Below, in pieces: positions 28,897-38,518 of a stretch of 61,395 bases of DNA. Under the pieces are notes generated by a model. It saw nothing but the letters and a program-made list of their open reading frames with translations. It had not been told where the DNA came from and did no database searches. This stretch comes from a virus. Taxonomy: Duplodnaviria > Caudoviricetes. The DNA is taken from positions 1 to 61,395 of IMG/VR virus record IMGVR_UViG_3300020045_019627; one strand, written 5' to 3'. The number at the start of each line of letters is the position of its first letter. The first letter of the stretch is position 1. A program made the position numbers and the translations under genes.

Positions 28897-29296
28897 GGCT
28901 TCGTATTATCGCAACGGCCTCCCCTTCAATTAACCATTGTTCTCGGCGAAGTTGCGTGGTGAGTTCTTCAACCGTCATAGTGACTTTGTCCTTCAGTTCT
29001 TCAGTGATTATTCCATCTTTTAATTGAAATTTCATTCTCGAAACGTGGTCTTGCAATGTCCTCATTGTTAAAAGACGTTGAGTGATTCTTGTTTCTTCAG
29101 AAATACGATTTTGTCTGAGTTGGTCATTAAACAACGCTACTTTGTAGGACAACGTACCTGGGCGCAACTCATTGAACTCCCTCGTTTGTCGGATGCGCTC
29201 AAGTTCCTCTTTTGAGAGTGTTGAACGTATATCTTCCATCGCCTTTTCCTTTCTACCATCCGGATCAAATCTTTGTTGTTGGTTTTGTCTTCCCAT
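28751..29296 (-). CDS. Helical hypothetical protein
   Basis: ORF with GGAGGG RBS. Confidence 0.75.
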   Translation of the reverse strand: MGRQNQQQRFDPDGRKEKAMEDIRSTLSKEELERIRQTREFNELRPGTLSYKVALFNDQLRQNRISEETRITQRLLTMRTLQDHVSRMKFQLKDGIITEELKDKVTMTVEELTTQLRREQWLIEGEAVAIIRSLAELRSVVEHKDLAGNIIMFMEEFDNYAEKTIEEIKSHGINLFAKYNL

Positions 29297-29308
29297 AATT
29301 TTTCCCTC

Positions 29309-30898
29309 CTAAACAATGCCTAGTGTGTCTTCAATCTCATTACCACAATTAGGACACTCATCATCATTACGTTCAAGTGGTGCACCACACTCCTCACAAG
29401 CATTCTTGTCATACTTCTCAAATCCAACAATTGTGGCAGTCACTGGTGGACTGTCGGGTTGAACAGCAATTGAAATGAGGCCACATAAGCAATCGCAAAA
29501 GTCATCTCTATCACTTTCACGCTCGTGATGTATTTTGAGATAACTCCTCTCACTTCTCTTGAATCGGAGTTGTGCCAATTGTTCATCACAGGATTGGATA
29601 TACGGTATTTTTAAAGCTTTCTCTCCCTTAATATTTCGTTCTGCAAGGAGTTTAAACATTCCATACATTCGACTCTTATTTTCAAGAGAATATTCAACTG
29701 GTAAACATAAAATGCCGAAGTTTTCTATCCTCTTGATGAAGTCTTCTATGCCTCTTCCAACCCCTGTGTTATCCCATCCAACCGCAGCTATGTTGTTCCA
29801 ACCAAGCGAATTCACAAGATCAATAAGATCTTGAAGAATATCATTGTACGGTGTGCCTTCAGGATATTCCAATAACTCATAAACATATAGTCCTGGTTTC
29901 TCATCACTACCACTTGGAACACCGATGCCTCTCACTGTTCGGTCTTTTGATTTTGCAAAATCAAAAAAGATATACACAGGTTGGGGAAGAAGTAAAGGGA
30001 GTTCATTTTCTCTCTCTTCTTGCATTGCGCGACGTTCTTCAAGTGTAAAATATGCTCCTTCCGCGTCAGTAAATATTGCATCCAACGTGCTTTCTCGTTC
30101 TGCCCTATTCAATGATTTAACATGACGGGTATATTCTTTTAATGTGTTAATTGGACAATCCAAAAAAGTGAAACGAAATCTCTCGAAATCATCGTTGTTG
30201 TATAACTCCCAAAACACTCCGATTCGTCCATTTGGGTTTGATAAACAAAGAACATCACCTTTTGTTGCAAAAGTAGTTGGCAACAGGACTTGATAATACA
30301 AGTATCTTGAGTCTTCGTAGAATCCCAGCTCATCAAGTATTAACAAATTAACACTATATCCTAGACTCGCCTCTGTTGCAGGCACACAAATAATTCTACT
30401 TTGTCGTAATTCAATCACAGATCCGTCTTCCAATGTTTCGTGGTGCGTGAAATAAATCTCTCCTTTGTTTTCACTATCACCGACATTTGCTTTGTAGTCA
30501 AGAATACTGCTGTTCAAAATTTCTTTAATCTCTCTTAAGAAATTCTTTGCTTGGGGCAAAGTCTTTGACACAACCATAATAGTTGATCCTGGCTCCGTTA
30601 ATGCTGAATGTAATGCTTTAACCTGCCCTGTTCTTGATTTTCCTATTTGTCTTGCTGCTGCAAATATTGTGCGATCATGTTTACAATTCAATATTGCATC
30701 TTGATAATAGAACATCTTCATCGGCTCGCCAGTTTTTTCTCTGAAAAACGCATATGCGTAAATAGTTGGGTCACGCAATAATCCTGCCGCCTCATTGGTT
30801 GCAACGCCTCCAGATGTAACAACATCATCCCATTTCGAGAACTTTGCAAGAAGAGCTTCTTGCATTAATTCTTTCTCTTTATTAGTGTGCTCAATCAT
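29309..30898 (-). CDS. terL: Terminase large subunit with C-terminal Zn ribbon
   Basis: AARQIGKS Walker A, LLILDE Walker B, SNPNG, FFDFAKSKD, WDNTGVG, DDFCD. Confidence 0.95.
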   Translation of the reverse strand: MIEHTNKEKELMQEALLAKFSKWDDVVTSGGVATNEAAGLLRDPTIYAYAFFREKTGEPMKMFYYQDAILNCKHDRTIFAAARQIGKSRTGQVKALHSALTEPGSTIMVVSKTLPQAKNFLREIKEILNSSILDYKANVGDSENKGEIYFTHHETLEDGSVIELRQSRIICVPATEASLGYSVNLLILDELGFYEDSRYLYYQVLLPTTFATKGDVLCLSNPNGRIGVFWELYNNDDFERFRFTFLDCPINTLKEYTRHVKSLNRAERESTLDAIFTDAEGAYFTLEERRAMQEERENELPLLLPQPVYIFFDFAKSKDRTVRGIGVPSGSDEKPGLYVYELLEYPEGTPYNDILQDLIDLVNSLGWNNIAAVGWDNTGVGRGIEDFIKRIENFGILCLPVEYSLENKSRMYGMFKLLAERNIKGEKALKIPYIQSCDEQLAQLRFKRSERSYLKIHHERESDRDDFCDCLCGLISIAVQPDSPPVTATIVGFEKYDKNACEECGAPLERNDDECPNCGNEIEDTLGIV

Positions 30899-31310
30899 TT
30901 TTCACGGCAGCAGCATCATAAACTTGAGAATATTGTTGTGCATGTTTTCTAATGAGCTGGCTAATGTGATCGTGGCTAACTTTGTGAAGGTGTAAATTTA
31001 CACTCTTCTCCCCATATAAATTCTTGTGCAATTTATCGATGAGCTCATTGTAGAGCTCAATGAATCGTCTCGTGCTTTCTTTTATCACTTTTGATTCTCT
31101 AATATCCTCAGCAATGCGCTCATCAAGATATAATTTTATCTTCGCAGCCATCTCCTTCTGTCGCTCAACAGGTTTATCAAAAAGTTCAATAATCTCTTGT
31201 GCTGCTTGTGACGCATTCATAACAGGAATTTCAAGCTCATTTTTCTTCTGTTCCTTCACTTTCTCAAGCGCTTGCTCAATGGTTGCAAAGTCAACAATAT
31301 CCATCGTCAA
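30891..31310 (-). CDS. Putative terminase small subunit
   Basis: Helical 139 aa directly upstream of and overlapping terL. Confidence 0.55.
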   Translation of the reverse strand: MTMDIVDFATIEQALEKVKEQKKNELEIPVMNASQAAQEIIELFDKPVERQKEMAAKIKLYLDERIAEDIRESKVIKESTRRFIELYNELIDKLHKNLYGEKSVNLHLHKVSHDHISQLIRKHAQQYSQVYDAAAVKND

Positions 31311-32176
31311 TTAACTCGCCCCACCACTTTTGAAGGATAACTCAAGTCAATAGCTTGCTCGATAAACATGTTTTGATCCATGGTAAAGAATCCTTGATCT
31401 CCCCAATACTTTCCCCAAGAGTTCATTAAGAGAAAAGTATTTTGCGCATCATCATATCCAACAATGACAACTGCATGATGGAATTGCGCCACTTCATTTT
31501 GTTGAGGAGCATACTGATTATTTTCCAAAGAGTGAATGCTTTGTGTTATTGGTAGAACAACAACTATTGGCCATTGTTTTGTATATAACACCTCTTTAAT
31601 TGCATCCTTCTTCACCTCTTTTTTGCCAGTGATAAAAAGATATTCAAAATCAGGATAAAGATGACGGAATAGGATGCTGGTGAATGTTGGTTGCTTGTTG
31701 AATTGTTCTTCAATGTAGGGAAATGTAGCTTCAACACTTATCCCTCCTTCTTGTGATTTATCTTGCGCCACTTTCCAAAAATCTCGCACATACATTCCTT
31801 TATTTTCAGGATATGTCTTGCTTTTCTTTCTTCCTTTATTCCAAGCATCCATTTTGCTGAGTTCTGGAAAGTTTGTTGCTCCTATTCTTCTTGCAAAGGT
31901 TTCGAGTGTGGTGCATCCTGCACAAGCAACACAAGAATTATATGTTCCTTGATCTTCAACAGTACTGAGTTGCGGAGTGCCTCGCAAAGAGAATTGTTTT
32001 GGAATAGTTACTACTCCTGCAAGTGCAGAATGTTTGAAGTCTCGCTTGTCTTTTGGTGATTTGAGCGCACCTGCTCCTCGTTGTAGTTCTGTTGACCAAC
32101 TAAGCTTCGATTGTTTCTTCAAAAAGAAGCGCAACGTCTTCAAGAGAAATAATCGTATTGATGCAGTTGATGCCAT
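31307..32176 (-). CDS. Papain-like C1 cysteine peptidase
   Basis: DQGTYNSCVA, HAVVIVGYDD, NSWGKYWGDQGFF. Confidence 0.93.
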   Translation of the reverse strand: MASTASIRLFLLKTLRFFLKKQSKLSWSTELQRGAGALKSPKDKRDFKHSALAGVVTIPKQFSLRGTPQLSTVEDQGTYNSCVACAGCTTLETFARRIGATNFPELSKMDAWNKGRKKSKTYPENKGMYVRDFWKVAQDKSQEGGISVEATFPYIEEQFNKQPTFTSILFRHLYPDFEYLFITGKKEVKKDAIKEVLYTKQWPIVVVLPITQSIHSLENNQYAPQQNEVAQFHHAVVIVGYDDAQNTFLLMNSWGKYWGDQGFFTMDQNMFIEQAIDLSYPSKVVGRVN

Positions 32177-32178
32177 AG

Positions 32179-32346
32179 TTATTTCATCCTGACGCGGTGT
32201 AATACTTCTGATTTGATGAATTCGAGAATCGCTATCTCACAATATGCAGGTAATTTGTGCTTGCTAAGTGCCTTCTTCACATCTACTGTTGCGTTCTCCA
32301 TAATCTCAGTGTCAAGAACGTGGATGTTTTGTTGTCGTGCATTCAT
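32179..32346 (-). CDS. Hypothetical protein (55 aa)
   Basis: Hand-translated MNARQQNIHVLDTE...; ATGA overlap. Confidence 0.55.
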   Translation of the reverse strand: MNARQQNIHVLDTEIMENATVDVKKALSKHKLPAYCEIAILEFIKSEVLHRVRMK

Positions 32347-32549
32347 TCTGCAGTCCTCTCAATTTTCTTTAGGTTGAGTTGTTTTTCAAGGGGCTGTATC
32401 TCAAGTATGTCTCCTTTTGTGAGATGTGCTGCATCAAGTATTTCTTTGCTGAGATATATTGAGTATCGCAATGTGCCGTCTTGTCGTCTTATTTCTTGTA
32501 TTTTTGGCATGGTATTACTCAATTGTTTTTCATCATCTTGTATGCACAA
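32343..32549 (-). CDS. AbrB-family regulator (likely start MPKIQ at 32510)
   Basis: YSIYLSKEILDAAHLTKGDILEI. Confidence 0.75.
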   Translation of the reverse strand: MCIQDDEKQLSNTMPKIQEIRRQDGTLRYSIYLSKEILDAAHLTKGDILEIQPLEKQLNLKKIERTAE

Positions 32550-32593
32550 CTATATAAAAGTATATCCTTTGTTGTTGTTATCTTATTTGTGAG

Positions 32594-32632
32594 AAAAAAA
32601 GTGTAGGGGAGTGGGTGAGAACTCCCCTACAC
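32594..32632 (-). terminator. 12-bp hairpin plus T-run ending the 34186-32672 operon
   Basis: gtgtaggggagt/actcccctacac followed by T7 on minus strand. Confidence 0.8.
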
Positions 32633-32671
32633 AAACTTGTTGTGGTAACAAAGGTGTAATTGATAATCAGA

Positions 32672-33172
32672 TTACTTTGCGCTGACGACAAAACGGAAGG
32701 AATTATTGATATTGGTTCCAAATTCTTGTGATCCTTTGATATTTAATCGCATGTAACGGAAACTTTTATCACTCACATCAAGACGAGTAAGATTATTAAC
32801 ACAACGGATGTTTCCACCACTGCCATTTATCCAGATGCGATTGTCAGGGCTAACTTCATATTGTATGGTGGTGATGTTGGTGACATTGAGATTTTTTGCA
32901 AAACCACTGCAATTAATCCAAAGCGTATATTCTGTGAACTTACCTAAATCAATAATGCTTGTTGTTTGGTTACTGAAGTTCAAGAGTGTTTGTGCATCAC
33001 CTGTCAGTGTGCCTGTACTTACAACGAACGGAGCAACAAATGTTACATCAGTATTTCCACTAGCAAGTGATGGAGAAGACGTTTCTTTTTGAAAGAAAAG
33101 TGCAATACTTGTTATGATTGAAAGCAAAACTAATATCGCTAAACTTATGTTGATGATGTTGCGTTGTTTCAT
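32672..33172 (-). CDS. Membrane-anchored beta-sandwich protein (spike-base-like)
   Basis: N-terminal TM; IQYEVSPDNRIW...FRYMRL; many sequons. Confidence 0.55.
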   Translation of the reverse strand: MKQRNIINISLAILVLLSIITSIALFFQKETSSPSLASGNTDVTFVAPFVVSTGTLTGDAQTLLNFSNQTTSIIDLGKFTEYTLWINCSGFAKNLNVTNITTIQYEVSPDNRIWINGSGGNIRCVNNLTRLDVSDKSFRYMRLNIKGSQEFGTNINNSFRFVVSAK

Positions 33173-33498
33173 ATGCCATACACCACATACATGCGTTGCT
33201 TGTTGGGGGTTGATCCGCCAACAGTGATTGTGAGTTTTGTACCATCATACGCAGTGACGGGGGCTTCTTCCACTACGACGCTGTTGGCGGTGGTGTGAAT
33301 GAATCCCAACACACCTAATACTCGCGTCATACCCCATCGCTGTGCAATATCCACCACAGTAGTGTCACCATTGTCGGCAGTCGCGGCAAGTTCTATCATA
33401 CCTGTTTTGAAGCGTGGTACGCCTCCAGTAATGCTATTCTTACTCGGACGATAATGAATACTTGTGTTGTGTGTTGCGGTATTAGTAACTGCTACCAT
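33169..33498 (-). CDS. Decoration-like protein, paralogue 3
   Basis: AATADNGDT...HTTANSVVVEEAPVT...KLTIT. Confidence 0.65.
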   Translation of the reverse strand: MVAVTNTATHNTSIHYRPSKNSITGGVPRFKTGMIELAATADNGDTTVVDIAQRWGMTRVLGVLGFIHTTANSVVVEEAPVTAYDGTKLTITVGGSTPNKQRMYVVYGI

Positions 33499-33548
33499 GG
33501 TGGTTCACGTTATTTTGTTTATGAGTGTTTTATTATTTGTTGTGTTGT

Positions 33549-33866
33549 TTATTTATAAAATACTTTCCAGTATCGCGGGTCATTATCAGTTCCCGCGGGA
33601 ATAGTGAAGGTGATAGTTGTGCCGCTAACTGCAGTGGTGGGGTTCTCCGTCACCACAACACTATTATCTGTTGTGTGTTTACAACCAACTACACCGAGGA
33701 AGGTCGATCCGCCATATTTTGCAAGATCAATGGTGGTGGTGTCTGCCGCATCAACAGTTGCTGCCAGGGAGAGGAAGAGCCATTTGTATTCAAGAACTTG
33801 TTGTCCTGCACCATTTTCTTTAGTGATTCTGTTTCCATTTACAAAGAGAGGGGTTTCTACAGCCAT
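33549..33866 (-). CDS. Decoration-like protein, paralogue 2
   Basis: AATVDAADT...HTTDNSVVVTENPTTAVSG. Confidence 0.65.
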   Translation of the reverse strand: MAVETPLFVNGNRITKENGAGQQVLEYKWLFLSLAATVDAADTTTIDLAKYGGSTFLGVVGCKHTTDNSVVVTENPTTAVSGTTITFTIPAGTDNDPRYWKVFYK

Positions 33867-33868
33867 AA

Positions 33869-34186
33869 TTAGACTCCGCTCACAAGGTATGTTCTTCTGA
33901 GGTTATCTGCTGCTGTGCCGCCAAGAGTGATGGTGAGTACTCCTGAGCTAACTGCAGTGGTTGGTGCTTCTAGTGCCATAGCATCAACAGTGTGTACCCA
34001 TCCTTTAATCATTGCGATAGTGGTTATGCCATAGTCGGCTAGCGTAATAGCGACAGTGTCACCTGTATCTGCAGTATCTGCTATTTCTACAATGATCTCC
34101 TTGAGTGGGTTATTATCATTGGCGAATTGCGTTAGACCGGTGTCTCGCTCATACACACAGATGTCGTCCGCTGCTATCGCTGCCAT
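33869..34186 (-). CDS. Decoration-like protein, paralogue 1
   Basis: ADTADTGDT...HTVD...EAPTTAVSSGVLTIT. Confidence 0.65.
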   Translation of the reverse strand: MAAIAADDICVYERDTGLTQFANDNNPLKEIIVEIADTADTGDTVAITLADYGITTIAMIKGWVHTVDAMALEAPTTAVSSGVLTITLGGTAADNLRRTYLVSGV

Positions 34187-34209
34187 TTACCTTTTTTCTA
34201 ATTTACAAC

Positions 34210-34363
34210 TATTTAAATGCTTTGATTTATATATGCTGCTTCGAGGGATTTGGATATACTTTGGATTTTTGGGGGAGAAAATATTTGTGGACTACTCTCT
34301 CCTCCACACCCCCTTAAAAGTCACTACCCCCCCGTACTAACACTTAATAGAAAGATTTATATA
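34210..34363. promoter_or_regulatory. Divergent late/early promoter region of element A
   Basis: TTTAAATA on minus strand (34210-34217) ~24 nt before ATG 34186; GAAAGATTTATATA on plus strand (34350-34363); coding strand switches here. Confidence 0.65.
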
Positions 34364-34404
34364 ATCCCATTATAATTATAATAGTATTCTCAACACCTAA
34401 GAAG

Positions 34405-34605
34405 GTGAAGAGGGAAGAGGTCGGACGGATGGAACGCAACTATAGTATAACACTCTCTGAGGAACAGTTTAATATTCTTCTCGCTTCTTTAATCTTGGCT
34501 GAGCAGGTAACAAAGAAAAGAGGAAACGAAATTTTCTCCCTGCAGGTTGCACTTTTACACAGCAGAGTAAACGCTATTAAGTTCTTGCCAGGGGTGCGGG
34601 TATGA
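34405..34605 (+). CDS. Hypothetical protein
   Basis: ORF track. Confidence 0.5.
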   Translation: MKREEVGRMERNYSITLSEEQFNILLASLILAEQVTKKRGNEIFSLQVALLHSRVNAIKFLPGVRV

Positions 34606-34715
34606 AGTGCCCCCTCTGCAATGTTGATTTATCTTTTTATAATGCTTCCCTCTGTGCTAAGGGGTGGTACTGTAAAAAATGCATTATAATTATGTTATAT
34701 GGGGGCGCTACGTGA
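34602..34715 (+). CDS. Zn-finger microprotein
   Basis: Hand-translated MKCPLC...WYCKKC. Confidence 0.55.
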   Translation: MKCPLCNVDLSFYNASLCAKGWYCKKCIIIMLYGGAT

Positions 34716-34855
34716 ACCCTCTTTTAAGGGATTCTTGCAGCGTCTGCAAATCTCAAAACATGATCTATAAGCACTCCCCCTCTCGCGCAGTCTGTCCGAG
34801 TTGCGGCACTATCTACACCGAAACACAATCTTTTAAAGCAAAAGTGATAATATGA
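34712..34855 (+). CDS. TFIIB-like Zn-ribbon microprotein
   Basis: Hand-translated CSVCKSQNMIY...AVCPSCGTIY. Confidence 0.55.
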   Translation: MNPLLRDSCSVCKSQNMIYKHSPSRAVCPSCGTIYTETQSFKAKVII

Positions 34856-35236
34856 AAATTCACTCATCAACAGTGACGCAAAAAAAGAGCGAAAAAAGGG
34901 CAAAATTCAAGAAAAAATATCTATATCAGAATATATATAAGAAAATAGTATATAATACAAACTATAAATACTATATTAGTACTAATTATGTCACTACTAT
35001 TATAAAGTACTTATATTTAATTTTTGCTGATACCTATCTTAAAAATATATGTGTTTGGATATACTTTTTTCGAAATTTGATATATATATCTTCAGGTACT
35101 ACAGGGATTTTGACCCCACAGAATTGCAAAGTAGTGAATAAAAGTTTATTTATATAGTTTATCGTGCATCGTCACGTGAAGGAAAAAAGAGCAAAACACA
35201 AAGGAGTGACACTATTAAAAAAACAAAGGTGAACAC

Positions 35237-35827
35237 ATGGAACAAATAACACAACAAAGGCCAGAATCTCAAGTATTAGAAATTGTGCGAGAAGGGGTTT
35301 ATACATTGACTTTGGAAGCGACAAAACGCAGAGATGGAACCCAAGTTTTCACAGTAACGCAAAACAGCCCAAGATTCAAGTATTCTAGATCCTGGCTTTT
35401 TCGTACAGAAAGCCACGCAAGGGAGTATGTGAAGGAATTAAGCGATAATAATAAAGCAAGGCAAGAATACAAGGCAAAAGAAAAAGATGCAAATAAAGCC
35501 AGGCAAAGCCAGTTTAAAGCTTTGCTGCAAGTGGGATCTATTCTTTATACGAGTTGGGGGCATGATCAAACAAATGTCGAATTTTATCAAGTAACGAAAA
35601 AAGAAGGGTGTACTGTCGAATTACGAGAGCTTGCACAGGAACGCAAGGAAACGGGCAGAATGTCGGGGCAATGCGTACCAGTGCCTGACCACTTCATAGA
35701 AAGAAGACGCGAAGAAGAACCTATTAAAATCCGTAGAATTGGCGCAGGACACATAAAAATAAGCCAATGCCAAACCGCTTGGTTATGGGATGGTATAAAG
35801 GCTGCATATTATTCGAGCTATGCTTAA
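35237..35827 (+). CDS. Early hypothetical protein
   Basis: GGTGA RBS; VGSILYTSWGHDQTNVEFYQV motif recalled from mobile-element proteins; function unknown. Confidence 0.8.
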   Translation: MEQITQQRPESQVLEIVREGVYTLTLEATKRRDGTQVFTVTQNSPRFKYSRSWLFRTESHAREYVKELSDNNKARQEYKAKEKDANKARQSQFKALLQVGSILYTSWGHDQTNVEFYQVTKKEGCTVELRELAQERKETGRMSGQCVPVPDHFIERRREEEPIKIRRIGAGHIKISQCQTAWLWDGIKAAYYSSYA

Positions 35828-35839
35828 AGAGGTGTAACT

Positions 35840-36541
35840 ATGGGATATACTCATTATGAATACTACGATATAATTAAGAGCGAAACAATGCAGAAGATCA
35901 GCGAAGACTTTATTAAACTGTTGCCTGTCTTTCAGGAGTTGGGCCTTGATCTTGCCAATGGTAACGGCACAGGCAACCCCACAATAACCAAAACCGCGTT
36001 AAAATTCAATGGAAGGAATGACTGCGGCCATGCTAAAGAAGATTTAGGTATAATGTGGCCTGCAGATAAAGCCGCAGATATAGAAACCTTTGCAGACAAC
36101 AGAGGGATAGGAACTCAGCAAACAGCGCAGCAACTCGTTAAGGGTCAATGGTTCGGCGGTGCACTCCTTGAGAAGCGAACCTGTGGAGGGGATTGTAGTC
36201 ACGAACCATTTTATTTAGAAGTGACACAACTAAAAGCACCGGAGCGAATCAGCAAATATAGCGCACTGCTTGACCAAGAAGGCGACGCAACCGAGAACCT
36301 ACTCGACAATATGAAGTTTAACTGTACAAAGACGGCGTTTAAACCCTATGATCTGGCTGTTCAATGCGCCTTAATCATTGCTCGCCACCATAGCAAAATA
36401 GCAGGTAATAATTTCTTTGTGGTGAGTGATGGAGGGCCCCACAACTGGGGCGAAGCGGTGTATATCTGTTTTTCAGAGTTGGGCATAATGGACTTTCATT
36501 TATTCGATAGAGAGGAGTATAAGAAAACTGGAGCGTGGTAA
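35840..36541 (+). CDS. Early hypothetical protein
   Basis: MGYTHY and CTKTAFKPYDLAV motifs recalled from mobile-element proteins; function unknown. Confidence 0.8.
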   Translation: MGYTHYEYYDIIKSETMQKISEDFIKLLPVFQELGLDLANGNGTGNPTITKTALKFNGRNDCGHAKEDLGIMWPADKAADIETFADNRGIGTQQTAQQLVKGQWFGGALLEKRTCGGDCSHEPFYLEVTQLKAPERISKYSALLDQEGDATENLLDNMKFNCTKTAFKPYDLAVQCALIIARHHSKIAGNNFFVVSDGGPHNWGEAVYICFSELGIMDFHLFDREEYKKTGAW

Positions 36542-36710
36542 TTAACATGAATGCAACCCCAAAAATGATGGATCAAGCTCAAGCAGCAGAGTATGAAGTC
36601 CAGATCATTATCAATGGAGAATATTATACTCGGAACACTGAAACAAAAGAAAAACAAAAAGTATCATTAGACACTTTGGCAACAATAGAAACATACCAAT
36701 AGGTGAAAAA

Positions 36711-36932
36711 ATGAACACATCACTTAATGACTTGGATAACAAAGAATATTCTGATTGTGCCAGTTCTTCACACGGGAAATTATGTACCTTTCATCACCAA
36801 GGTCACCACATCGGCACAATTGAAACAAAAGGGAAATTCTTTGGAACAAAGATAATAAGTATTTGTGTGATTTGGCCAATACGAAAAACTCCCAACAAAA
36901 CAGCGAAAAAAATAGCTAAGAAAACCACTTAA
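36711..36932 (+). CDS. Hypothetical protein
   Basis: GGTGA RBS. Confidence 0.55.
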   Translation: MNTSLNDLDNKEYSDCASSSHGKLCTFHHQGHHIGTIETKGKFFGTKIISICVIWPIRKTPNKTAKKIAKKTT

Positions 36933-36941
36933 GAGGTTATT

Positions 36942-37586
36942 ATGAATTGGCAGGAAAAACTTATTGAAGCGAAACCATTAAGCATCAGTATTTCAGGAGC
37001 ACCAGGAACAGGAAAAACAGCCCTCGCATATACTGTTATTGAGCAATTAAGGCGAGATGGAAGAAAGGTTTTTGTCTTACAACACCCAAAACCGCAGCTA
37101 CTTGAAGAACGGGGCTACCATTTGTTGATGGATATAGAGCAAATGCCTGAGCTGGAAGACTGTATTCTTTGGCTTGATGAACCACAACTTCATTTAAGAA
37201 CATATGACCACCATGCCAATGAAGCGTTGCAAATCGTCTTAAGCCTTGCACGGCAGAAGAATATTACAATTGTGCTGAGCACCAGTGAAACGAGGTTCAT
37301 TACAAGAGGGTTGGAAGCATATATTGATGTGTGGATGGTGAAAGATCAGGAGCCGGAACTTGTGAAGCAAGGGAGTATGATTCGCAAGATCATTAAAGAA
37401 CATTGTTTCTTGAATTGGCGGGCATTCTCTTGTAAACAAGATGAGTTTTTATTGCATTGCCGGAAGTTGCCTGTATTAAATGGCAGACACACAAGCACCT
37501 TACCTAATTTCTGGAATCGAGAATATTCTTGCCCCTATAAGAAGCACCAACAACAAGAACGTAACGTAGTAACAAGGTGGGAATAA
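36942..37586 (+). CDS. P-loop ATPase
   Basis: GAPGTGKT, ILWLDE, ARQKNITIVLST. Confidence 0.88.
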   Translation: MNWQEKLIEAKPLSISISGAPGTGKTALAYTVIEQLRRDGRKVFVLQHPKPQLLEERGYHLLMDIEQMPELEDCILWLDEPQLHLRTYDHHANEALQIVLSLARQKNITIVLSTSETRFITRGLEAYIDVWMVKDQEPELVKQGSMIRKIIKEHCFLNWRAFSCKQDEFLLHCRKLPVLNGRHTSTLPNFWNREYSCPYKKHQQQERNVVTRWE

Positions 37587-37587
37587 T

Positions 37588-37773
37588 ATGGTGTTTCAGC
37601 AATACAAATATGGTTTTCACAAGAAGCAGATAAAAGTGTTGCTGCGCAAGCGGCTCAGTGCACAATATCATTTAAGAGTGTTGGCGGGGAAGCAAGAACA
37701 AACAGAAGCAAAACTTAAAGGGATTGAAGAAGAACTTAACATTTTGTTGAAAAATGTCGAGAGCAAGGTTTAA
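37588..37773 (+). CDS. Small coiled-coil protein
   Basis: ORF track. Confidence 0.55.
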   Translation: MVFQQYKYGFHKKQIKVLLRKRLSAQYHLRVLAGKQEQTEAKLKGIEEELNILLKNVESKV

Positions 37774-37791
37774 ATAAAAGAGTATATACTA

Positions 37792-38028
37792 TTGAAGAGG
37801 TTGAACACAATGGCAATAAGGGAAATTAAAATTAACGCACAAGTGGCATTAAGCCGCAATTTTGATAAGGTGACGTTGGGCATCAATGAAGAACCTGCAC
37901 CAATGGACGAAGAAGATGATCTTGTCTTTCGCCAACACGTTCGAAGACTCTTTAAAGTCTTACACGAAGAAGTGGAGAGAGAACTTACTGAAGTGCAGAA
38001 ACCAAAACAAGTGAACAAGGCGCAATGA
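37792..38028 (+). CDS. Hypothetical protein
   Basis: GAGGT RBS before internal ATG. Confidence 0.65.
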   Translation: MKRLNTMAIREIKINAQVALSRNFDKVTLGINEEPAPMDEEDDLVFRQHVRRLFKVLHEEVERELTEVQKPKQVNKAQ

Positions 38029-38085
38029 TGGTAGATGTTGCAATAAAGCGTGTTTATAAATCAGTAAATCAACTATATTATATCT

Positions 38086-38283
38086 ATGGCACCACTCGAA
38101 CCGGAGAGTATCGACGACTTTTTAGGCGAAATTCCCCAAGAGCACAAACTCATAGAACTCTGGCATTTGTACGATTATACAGAGCGTGGTGTTAATCGTG
38201 GTTGGCAATTACTCACCCACGATCAATGGATTGCATTCACAGAAAAGTATTTGGATGAAAATCATCCGTATTTAGGAAGATAA
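38086..38283 (+). CDS. Hypothetical protein
   Basis: TTTATAAA ~25 nt upstream. Confidence 0.65.
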   Translation: MAPLEPESIDDFLGEIPQEHKLIELWHLYDYTERGVNRGWQLLTHDQWIAFTEKYLDENHPYLGR

Positions 38284-38326
38284 TGATGAAGTGCAAACAT
38301 AGTGAAGAGATGTTGGAGATCAAACT

Positions 38327-38518
38327 ATGACAGTCAATGAAGAAGAATGGGAGCAAATGAAAGCATCGGAGCAATACACTATGTATGTGAAGCTTGCGCA
38401 GCGTCTTGATGCTTTGGAAAATCAAATCATTGATATTGAGCTTGAGACGTGGAAGAACACCGCACAATTAAACATCTTGCAACACAATAGCGGTGTGAAT
38501 AAAGAGGGGAAATTATGA
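38327..38518 (+). CDS. Small coiled-coil protein
   Basis: ORF track; GGAG RBS. Confidence 0.6.
   Translation: MTVNEEEWEQMKASEQYTMYVKLAQRLDALENQIIDIELETWKNTAQLNILQHNSGVNKEGKL

Noticed and set aside
34852-35157. 101-aa ORF
   Set aside because: Low-complexity translation of an AT-rich tract; likely non-coding
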